This document shows, piece after piece, positions 57,458 to 64,000 of a stretch of DNA of 64,000 bases. Source of the stretch: Candidatus Aenigmatarchaeota archaeon (lineage in GTDB: Archaea; Aenigmatarchaeota; Aenigmatarchaeia; QMZS01). The stretch covers positions 146,167-210,166 of the forward strand of contig JAFGCN010000009.1 in assembly GCA_016932615.1 (NCBI GenBank). The letters are read 5' to 3'. The translations under genes and the position numbers were made by a program. The notes beneath the pieces are model-generated. The model was not told the origin of the DNA. It made no database searches and saw nothing but the letters and a program-made list of their open reading frames with translations. How positions within the stretch are numbered: position 1 is the stretch's first letter; every line of letters starts with the position of its first letter.

Positions 57458-57964
57458 TTAAGCGGTGGCTTTTTGGGTGGCAAGTGAATGGAAGTAGTGG
57501 TTTGCCCTTTCAAGGTATTCCAGGACGGGGCACTTGGAGCCGTTTTTGGAGGCGTAATCTGCCGCCAGGTAAGAAGCGCCGGCGTCAACTGCAAGGTCCT
57601 GGGCAGTGTTTGAGGTAAGGCCTGTTTCTGCCACGCTCAGAATCCCGCCTGAGGCAAGGTAGTGCTCGAGGATTTCCCAGCCGATTCCAAGCGCCAGGAC
57701 CCCCGCCGCCACTTCCGCCTTGCTTACGGGAACTTCAAGGTTTTCGGCGGCCTTTACTCCAGTGTAGCCGAGGGCAGCGGCTGTTGTTCCGTGCATAAGC
57801 ACATCGTAATGTGGAACTTCCTGAAAGTATCCGCCAAGCCCGTCCAGCTCGAAAAGCCCCAGGTAGTTTGCAAGCACTGCTGCAGCCCCAAGGCCCAGAA
57901 CATATTTGTCGCTAAGCGTCTTTTCTGCCGCCCCCCTTATCTTTTGCCAGTCCATATTCAGCAC
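57458..57964 (-). CDS. Hypothetical protein.
   Basis: 168-aa ORF with Ala/Gly-rich amphipathic segments. Confidence 0.35.
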   Translation of the reverse strand: MLNMDWQKIRGAAEKTLSDKYVLGLGAAAVLANYLGLFELDGLGGYFQEVPHYDVLMHGTTAAALGYTGVKAAENLEVPVSKAEVAAGVLALGIGWEILEHYLASGGILSVAETGLTSNTAQDLAVDAGASYLAADYASKNGSKCPVLEYLERANHYFHSLATQKATA

Positions 57965-58054
57965 TACTAGTTAGTTAAATATGTTTTTATGTCCGATTTT
58001 AAACAAAATTTGGCTTACCTTACGGGTTCTTAACTGCTTCCATCAGTTTCATTT

Positions 58055-58360
58055 ATGAGACGAGCGGTTTTCGCCATTGTTTCAAAAATTCCGCCCGGAA
58101 AAGTCGCCACCTACGGCCAGATTGCAGACGCTCTTGGGACAAGTCCAAGAGCAGTTGGCCGAATTTTGAACAGTAATGAAAAGCTGGTCGAGATTCCCTG
58201 CCACAGGGTCGTGATGTCTGATGGGCGAATCGGCGGGTACAAGTGTGGAGTCGAGAGGAAGATTGAATTGCTTGAAAGTGAGGGCGTTGAGGTCAAAAAC
58301 GGGAGGGTGGATTTGGAGCGGTTTTTGCTGGCGCTGGAAGTAAACCCGAAATACGACTAG
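58055..58360 (+). CDS. MGMT-family protein consisting only of the methylguanine-DNA-methyltransferase C-terminal (DNA-binding/active-site) domain.
   Basis: ATYGQIADALG..PRAVGRIL..N...IPCHRVV contains the PCHR active-site motif. Only 101 aa, so the N-terminal domain of full-length Ogt is absent. Confidence 0.6.
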   Translation: MRRAVFAIVSKIPPGKVATYGQIADALGTSPRAVGRILNSNEKLVEIPCHRVVMSDGRIGGYKCGVERKIELLESEGVEVKNGRVDLERFLLALEVNPKYD

Positions 58361-58362
58361 GA

Positions 58363-58914
58363 TTAAAGATTCCAATATAATGCTCTTTCTTCAGTGGTTC
58401 TATCTCCCGGAAGCTTGGCCTGCACCGAAAGAGGTGGCTCTATGCAGTGAGCAGGATCGGCGCGGGCTGTCATTCTTAAAAGTTCAGTTAGGCCTTCAGA
58501 ACTTAATGTTCCGCGGCTTATAGTTCTTTTTCCATCCTCGATGGTCTCGATTGTCACGGGACCCGAATAACTCTTGAAGAGATTTTTGAAATTTCTGGAG
58601 TCACCCTTTTCGATTATTTGAGACCTACTCTCAAATTTTGCAATGGCTGAATCTGGACCTGAAAGACCTACACAAGAGATACCTCCATCTCCATCATAAA
58701 GTGCTTCAGTTTCCCGGATTATTACTCTAGGTCCTCCACCATAAACGCCTGAAGGCAATTCAATTCCAAGCGTATGTTCTTGTTTTTTTGTATCAAAGCT
58801 TGTTTCGACAGTTAGTCCATTATTTCTTGCATAATGGATAAGCTCTTCAGCACCCTCAAAATACTCTTTTTGGCTGTCTGGGACTTTTATTCCTTCTGGT
58901 AATCCTGCTAACAT
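58363..58914 (-). CDS. Hypothetical protein.
   Basis: 183-aa ORF, convergent with the MGMT-like gene. Confidence 0.35.
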   Translation of the reverse strand: MLAGLPEGIKVPDSQKEYFEGAEELIHYARNNGLTVETSFDTKKQEHTLGIELPSGVYGGGPRVIIRETEALYDGDGGISCVGLSGPDSAIAKFESRSQIIEKGDSRNFKNLFKSYSGPVTIETIEDGKRTISRGTLSSEGLTELLRMTARADPAHCIEPPLSVQAKLPGDRTTEERALYWNL

Positions 58915-58981
58915 AGTTACTATAATATAATAATTACTATAACTTTAAATACTTATTGAAGATATTGAACTTAGCTTACTT

Positions 58982-60085
58982 TCACCGTTCCCTCTCCCCC
59001 GCAATAAACTCCTCTACTCTGTCTCTCGCCTCTGAATCCGAATACTGCTCAATTGGGTGCTTCATGGTGTAAGAGGAGATTGACTTTAATGGCCCTGCAA
59101 TTTTCCGGTCAAGCCCCAGCTTGCAGCACCTAATCGCATCAATTGCAACTCCTGCGCTGTTTGGCGAGTCCTCGACTGCGAGCCGTAGCTCCACTGTTGT
59201 CGGGACATCTCCGAATTTTCTTCCCTCCATCCGGAGGTAGCAGATTTTCTCGTCTTTCTGGAAAGGCACATAATCTGACGGCCCGATGTGGATGTTTCCT
59301 TCAGGCATTGGAGTTGGAAGCTGGGACTGCACTGCTTCAGTCTTGCTCACCTTCTTACTTACAAGCCGAGCTCTTTCAAGCATGTTCAAAAAGTCAGTAT
59401 TCCCCCCAAAGTTTAATTGGTAAGTCCGGTCTAATTTTACGCCCCGGTCAGCCCAGAGCTTTGCGAGAACCCGGTGGGTAATGGTTGCTCCAACTTGCGC
59501 CTTTATGTCGTCCCCCACACAAGGTATTTTTTTCTCCTCAAACCTTTTCGCCCAAATTGGGTTTGAGGCGATAAAGACCGGCATGCAGTTAACAAAGCCG
59601 ATTCCCGCTTCAAGAGCGCAATTGGCGTAAAACTCAACGGCTTTTTGAGAGCCGACTGGAAGGTAATTTACAAGAATCTCAGCGCCCGAATCCTGAAGGG
59701 CTTTTACTACATTACAGGGCTCGGCGTCCGCCACACGGAATGCCTCGTCTTCAGGGTAGTTCATCATGTGCGGGGCAACCCCATCCAAAACAGGCCCCAT
59801 TCTGACAGGCACCTTCAGATTGGGCACATTTTTGCAAAATGTCTTGGTGTTGTTTGGCTTTGAAAAAATCGCTTCAGACAAGTCAAGCCCAACTTTTCTT
59901 TTGTCAATGTCAAAAGCTGCAACTGGCCTGACATCAGAAATTCTGTAGCCGCCAAGAACATTATGCATTAGCCCCGGCACAAGCTCGGAGTTCGAGTCGA
60001 CATTTTTGTAGTAGTAGAGCCCCTGTATTAAGCTCGAGCAGCAGTTCCCGATTCCGGAAATAGCGATTTTGATTTCCTTGCCCAT
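58982..60085 (-). CDS. ino1: Myo-inositol-1-phosphate synthase (Ino1 family).
   Basis: IKIAISGIGNCCSSLIQG...VPGLMH...VAAFDID..KVGLDLSEAIF...LPVGS...VFIASNPIWAKRF...GDDIKAQVGATITHRVLAKL...GPSDYV matches the Ino1 core essentially throughout. Confidence 0.75.
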   Translation of the reverse strand: MGKEIKIAISGIGNCCSSLIQGLYYYKNVDSNSELVPGLMHNVLGGYRISDVRPVAAFDIDKRKVGLDLSEAIFSKPNNTKTFCKNVPNLKVPVRMGPVLDGVAPHMMNYPEDEAFRVADAEPCNVVKALQDSGAEILVNYLPVGSQKAVEFYANCALEAGIGFVNCMPVFIASNPIWAKRFEEKKIPCVGDDIKAQVGATITHRVLAKLWADRGVKLDRTYQLNFGGNTDFLNMLERARLVSKKVSKTEAVQSQLPTPMPEGNIHIGPSDYVPFQKDEKICYLRMEGRKFGDVPTTVELRLAVEDSPNSAGVAIDAIRCCKLGLDRKIAGPLKSISSYTMKHPIEQYSDSEARDRVEEFIAGERER

Positions 60086-60169
60086 ATAATAACTAGCGGA
60101 AGTATTTATATATTTTACCAGCGTAAAACTTTATCCCGGTAAGCCAATATATTCTGCGCCCTACTAATT

Positions 60170-60478
60170 ATGGAAAAGCCCCTTAAGCGCCTGGCAGACC
60201 TTAACACAAAAGACTGCCTGTGGATTTACCTCCTGAGGATCCTGAAGGACGGCCCACGCCACGGCTACATATTAAGGGAAGAGGTAAACAAGCGCTTTGG
60301 CTTTATGCCGGGCACAGTCACTTCCTACAGGGTTCTGTATTCCCTGAAAGCTGATGGCTTTGTCCAGAAAAAGCCGGACGGGAGAAAAGAGATATACACT
60401 ATCACTCCAAAAGGTCTTGAAATCCTTAAAAAAGCGGTCAACTTTTACGAAAACCTCGGAAAGCTCCTGAAGAGCTAA
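60170..60478 (+). CDS. PadR-family transcriptional regulator.
   Basis: CLWIYLLRILKDGPRHGYILREEVNKRFGFMPGTVTSYRVLYSLKADGFVQKK is a PadR wHTH. Confidence 0.7.
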   Translation: MEKPLKRLADLNTKDCLWIYLLRILKDGPRHGYILREEVNKRFGFMPGTVTSYRVLYSLKADGFVQKKPDGRKEIYTITPKGLEILKKAVNFYENLGKLLKS

Positions 60479-60519
60479 CCCCCAAATTCGGAATATATAT
60501 CAAAAATCAAGCTTAGTGT

Positions 60520-61152
60520 ATGGAGGATAAGTTCTACAAGCTGCCCGTTCTTCATTACGAGTATGGTGCCCTTGAGCCGCACATTTCAAAAGACCAGCTA
60601 AAGCTTCACCACACAAAGCACCACCAGGCGTACGTCGATAACGCCAATGCGATTTTGAGGAAGATTGATTTGGCAAGGTCAGAAGACCAAAAGCTCGATA
60701 TGAAGCATGTTTGCCGGGACTTGTCGTTCAATGTCGGGGGGCACATCCTGCACAAGCTTTTCTGGGATAACCTTGCCCCGCCAAATCACCGGGCCGAAAA
60801 TCCGGTCGGGCTTATCAAGACCCTGATTGACCTTGAGTTTGGGGGTCTTGAGAGGTTCAGGAAGGAGTTTACCCAGGCAGCGCTTTCAGTGGAAGGTTCC
60901 GGCTGGGCGGTTCTCGCTTATTGCAGGGCTACAAAAAGGCCTGTGATACTCCAGGCCGAAAAGCACAACGTAAACCTTATTGCGGGCTTTCCCATTTTGT
61001 TGGTGCTCGATGTCTGGGAGCACGCGTACTACCTGGATTATGAAAATGAGAGGGGCAAGTATGTGGAGTCTTTTTGGAACCTGGTCAACTGGGATGAGGT
61101 CGCAAAACGGCTTGACGTGGTTTTGGAGGGCCAAAATGCGTGGCAGAATTAG
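60520..61152 (+). CDS. sod: Fe/Mn superoxide dismutase.
   Basis: LKLHHTKHHQAYVDNANA ... DVWEHAYYLDYENERGKYVESFWNLVNWDEV are the canonical Fe/Mn-SOD motifs and metal ligands. Confidence 0.85.
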   Translation: MEDKFYKLPVLHYEYGALEPHISKDQLKLHHTKHHQAYVDNANAILRKIDLARSEDQKLDMKHVCRDLSFNVGGHILHKLFWDNLAPPNHRAENPVGLIKTLIDLEFGGLERFRKEFTQAALSVEGSGWAVLAYCRATKRPVILQAEKHNVNLIAGFPILLVLDVWEHAYYLDYENERGKYVESFWNLVNWDEVAKRLDVVLEGQNAWQN

Positions 61153-61242
61153 GTTTTTGATTCTTGTTTTATCCCTCGTAATCGCCGCTCTGATTTCATG
61201 ATGCCTAAAGGGGCGGTCGGGAGAAATTACTGGCAGAATGAT

Positions 61243-62019
61243 TTAGTTTTTGAGTCCCAGATGCTCTGATATCCTATTGGGGAATTCACTAAAATATATC
61301 TTTTCGAGGCATATTTTTGCCTTATTGGGAATTACCTGTTGAGTATTTGCCACCAAGGTTCCTCTATAGATTCTCTTGGTGTCCTGTTCAACCAAATGCG
61401 GTATCCCCAAGCCCAAACTAATCTCGTAAAGTTTGGCTGCGGGAGCATATTTTCCCTCTGTGAGAATCTCTCTACCAAGTACTAATTTTTGGGTTTTCTG
61501 GTCTATGGAAAAATCGGTCCAATGGGCATGGTATCGCCTATGAGTGCTTGTTAAGCACCCGTCTGGATTTGCCTCAACATAGCCCAATTCAACTCCCCAA
61601 GGGATTCGGACCTTGGGCTGGGAGGATTTCTTCCTAAAAGGCAATCTTGATTCTGAGTTTCTGTCTAAGTAGACGTCGATACCATCAGGTTTGCTTAAAA
61701 GAACGCCCATACTGATGCTTTTGCCTTCTTTCATTGCAGCTTCAACTGCAGAAAATTCTTTATATGACCCAGAATCTGGTGTCAGCATTAACCCTCCAAT
61801 AGTTTCCATATCGGGCATTATAAGATATTCTGGTATAACTTCTCCAATTGTGCCCTCTAGCCAAATGCCTCTGCCTTCCTCAAAAGAGTGAGTTATCTTT
61901 CTTCCCTTAGGCGAATAGTCACTAGGGCATTTAGACTTCAGCGGGCTACTTTGGCTAAATACTTGGGCAGAATTTCCCTTCCCAAGATCTAACTCCACCA
62001 GTTCAAAGTCAGGTTCCAT
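61243..62019 (-). CDS. Hypothetical protein.
   Basis: 258-aa ORF with no motif recognised. Confidence 0.35.
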   Translation of the reverse strand: MEPDFELVELDLGKGNSAQVFSQSSPLKSKCPSDYSPKGRKITHSFEEGRGIWLEGTIGEVIPEYLIMPDMETIGGLMLTPDSGSYKEFSAVEAAMKEGKSISMGVLLSKPDGIDVYLDRNSESRLPFRKKSSQPKVRIPWGVELGYVEANPDGCLTSTHRRYHAHWTDFSIDQKTQKLVLGREILTEGKYAPAAKLYEISLGLGIPHLVEQDTKRIYRGTLVANTQQVIPNKAKICLEKIYFSEFPNRISEHLGLKN

Positions 62020-62086
62020 ATTTTACCTCATAGATATACGATATAGGTATTTAAATAAATACTACTTCTAGGTTGTCTCACTATTT

Positions 62087-62308
62087 TTAGGATATCACCT
62101 GAATTACCTTCTCCCTCCCCTTCTCCCCCCGAACAATCTCTATCCTGCTTTTACGAACCCCAAAGTGCTTTGCCAAAATTTCAATTACTGCCTTGTTTGC
62201 CTTCCCGTCAATGGCTTTTGCCCGGGTTCTTACCTTCAAAAAACCTACCTCTTCAAGAACTTCATCATTTGAGCTGTTTGGGACTACGCGGATAGTGATG
62301 CGCTTCAT
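62087..62308 (-). CDS. DUF167/YggU-family small protein.
   Basis: ITIRVVPNSSNDEV...LKVRTRAKAIDGKANKAVIEILAKHFGV...IEIVRGEKGREKVIQV matches the UPF0235 pattern. Confidence 0.6.
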   Translation of the reverse strand: MKRITIRVVPNSSNDEVLEEVGFLKVRTRAKAIDGKANKAVIEILAKHFGVRKSRIEIVRGEKGREKVIQVIS

Positions 62309-62365
62309 AAATAGTGCCTAGATTATACGGCTATTAGATTTACGTAAATCAAAAAATCTGTTAAA

Positions 62366-62653
62366 CTATTCAGGCCTCTGCTCTATTTTCGCGTTGACGC
62401 CCCTGAAAATGTTTCTGATAAGCACGATGTCCTCTATTCCCTCTACAGCCGAGTATGGAATCACTACGCCCTTCTTTTCGCCTCCAAGAATCTCTGAAAG
62501 GAAGGTTCCCCTCAAAGCTTCGACAATTATTGAGGTCACCCTGAATTTTCCCAGTTCGACCCGGAAATCCTTTACTTTGCCGCAATATTTTCCGTCAGTG
62601 GTGAAAACATCTTTTCCTACTACTTCAGAGAAAGATTTTACATTAACTGCCAT
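62366..62653 (-). CDS. PRC-barrel domain protein.
   Basis: SEVVGKDVFTTDGKYCGKVKDFRVELGKFRVTSIIV is typical of small archaeal PRC-barrel proteins. Confidence 0.55.
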   Translation of the reverse strand: MAVNVKSFSEVVGKDVFTTDGKYCGKVKDFRVELGKFRVTSIIVEALRGTFLSEILGGEKKGVVIPYSAVEGIEDIVLIRNIFRGVNAKIEQRPE

Positions 62654-62786
62654 ATATTACTAACACAGTATTTATATATTTGGTCCCTGTAACCGGAAAA
62701 CACTACGCAATGGCTTAAAATCAGGTTTTAGGCAGTTTTAGCCCTATTCCTGCAAGGAAACTAAATCTAGTTTTAAGAGGGAAATT

Positions 62787-63398
62787 ATGTGTGCGGATGA
62801 TGGGCTTGGGATTATAAGGGCTTCTAGAAAATCGGGGACGGAAAGATTCACTTTTAAAGGCCAGGAACTTGGGTTTGGGTTGCTTGAGTTTTGGCAGTGG
62901 AACTCTTCAGACCTGGTGAGCAATGCGCTGAGGGGTCAGATTGCAGAGTTTATAGTTGCAAGCGCCCTGGGCGTGTCCGGAGGAGTAAGGGGTATTTGGG
63001 ACTCTTATGACCTTGATTTTGGCCCCCTGAAGATAGAGGTAAAGTCTGCCGCATATATTCAGTCCTGGAGCCAGAAAAGGCATTCAGATATAAGGTTTGT
63101 AATAAGCCCTACTAAGGCATGGTCTGCTGAAACAAACGAGTCCGAAAAAGACTCGAGACGGCAGGCGGACTTATACATTTTTTGCCTGTTAAAGCATAAG
63201 GACAAGGAAACAATAGACCCTCTGAACCTGGACCAGTGGGATTTTTATATAGTGCCTACAAAAGCGCTAAACAGATGTTTTCCTCTTCAAAAGAGCATCT
63301 CCCTGCAGTCGCTTCTGAAGTGCAAACCCATTAAGTCCGGCTTTTCGGGCCTGAGAAATGCTGTTGAGGATTTTTCCAAAGCAAGTGGCCTAGCATGA
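62787..63398 (+). CDS. Hypothetical protein with a PD-(D/E)xK nuclease-like motif arrangement.
   Basis: Putative D...(D/E)xK core: YDLDF ... LKIEVKSAAY, with downstream conserved acidic and hydrophobic positions. No partner methyltransferase is nearby. Confidence 0.4.
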   Translation: MCADDGLGIIRASRKSGTERFTFKGQELGFGLLEFWQWNSSDLVSNALRGQIAEFIVASALGVSGGVRGIWDSYDLDFGPLKIEVKSAAYIQSWSQKRHSDIRFVISPTKAWSAETNESEKDSRRQADLYIFCLLKHKDKETIDPLNLDQWDFYIVPTKALNRCFPLQKSISLQSLLKCKPIKSGFSGLRNAVEDFSKASGLA

Positions 63399-63469
63399 AG
63401 CAAAAGCCAGGCAATCCGCATCTAATTGCCGCTTAAGCGCAGGTTTGCTTTTAAGCCCCTCTGGCCTGC

Positions 63470-63479
63470 CATTTAAATT
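63470..63479 (+). promoter_or_regulatory. TATA-like box (catTTAAATTc) upstream of the aEF-2 gene.
   Basis: Lies ~25 nt upstream of ATG 63500. Confidence 0.3.
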
Positions 63480-63499
63480 CTTTTTCTCGAAAAAGACTT

Positions 63500-64000
63500 A
63501 TGACACTGGACGAGGATGTTGTGAAGCTGATGAGGCATCAGGACCATATTCGAAATATCGGCATTATTGCCCATATTGACCATGGAAAAACCACCACTAC
63601 AGACAACCTTCTTGCGGGAGCCGGGATGATCAGCGAGGAATTGGCGGGGAAGCAGGTTTTCATGGACTTTGACAAGCAGGAGCAGGAGAGGGGAATCACT
63701 ATTTTTGCAGCTAACGCTTCCATGATTCACACCTTCAATAATGAGCAATATCTTGTCAACCTTATAGACACCCCCGGCCATGTTGACTTTGGGGCAGACG
63801 TAACAAGGGCAATGAGGGCGGTCGACGGGGCGGTTGTTGTCGTTTGCGCAGTTGAGGGGCCAATGCCCCAAACCGAGACCGTTCTCCGGCAGGCGCTTCG
63901 GGAAAGAGTAAGGCCCACACTTTTTATAAACAAGACCGATCGGCTCATACGGGAGCTTAAGCTAGGCCCTGAGGAAATGATGAAGCGGCTCCAAAGCCAC
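63500..64000 (+). CDS. fusA: Translation elongation factor 2 (aEF-2), N-terminal GTPase domain, 3'-truncated at the window edge.
   Basis: [52 protein letters not shown]...[66 protein letters not shown] carries the G1-G4 motifs of aEF-2. The frame is open to nt 64000. A TATA-like TTTAAATT sits ~25 nt upstream. Confidence 0.85.
   Translation, partial: MTLDEDVVKLMRHQDHIRNIGIIAHIDHGKTTTTDNLLAGAGMISEELAGKQVFMDFDKQEQERGITIFAANASMIHTFNNEQYLVNLIDTPGHVDFGADVTRAMRAVDGAVVVVCAVEGPMPQTETVLRQALRERVRPTLFINKTDRLIRELKLGPEEMMKRLQSH

Noticed and set aside
1-64000. CRISPR arrays, rRNA genes, and integrase, transposase or IS elements.
   Set aside because: No direct-repeat/spacer periodicity, no rRNA-like conserved stretches and no recombinase motifs were seen anywhere in the window.

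Overview
This looks like an archaeal chromosomal segment. The evidence is an aEF-2 fragment (diphthamide-type EF-2), diphthine synthase, archaeal-type peptidyl-tRNA hydrolase Pth2, TATA-like A/T boxes about 20-30 nt upstream of ATGs, tRNAs with BHB-type introns, and secreted proteins saturated with N-x-S/T sequons.

The first roughly 29 kb is a surface-protein island on the + strand:
- a 5'-truncated giant LamG-like surface protein,
- two inverted paralogous surface proteins that bracket a 2978-aa gene,
- a secretion ATPase of the GspE/FlaI family with two pilin-like genes.

The 2978-aa gene encodes a signal anchor, a ~2550-aa N-glycosylated ectodomain with beta-propeller-like repeats, a single TM helix, and a C-terminal cytoplasmic P-loop ATPase of the HerA/FtsK (DUF87-like) type. 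I regard this fusion, with its accessory small membrane and coiled-coil proteins, as the best candidate for an undescribed cell-surface/translocation system.

The second striking feature is three tRNA genes that all carry introns. tRNA-Glu(UUC) and tRNA-Ser(UGA) each have two introns of about 90-100 nt, one at the canonical 37/38 site and one inside the T-arm; the four introns are visibly related to each other. A tRNA-Thr(CGU)-like gene has a ~25-nt insertion in the D-loop.

The rest is housekeeping or accessory:
- Pth2, diphthine synthase, a cold-shock protein, TsaC/Sua5, cyclophilin;
- a ZnuABC transporter next to a membrane-anchored wHTH regulator;
- a MacB/FtsX-type ABC triad;
- Ino1, PadR, Fe/Mn-SOD, DUF167, a PRC-barrel protein, an orphan PD-(D/E)xK-like protein, and the start of aEF-2.

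No CRISPR array, rRNA, integrase or transposase was seen. All calls come from reading the sequence and ORF translations; no database search was run.
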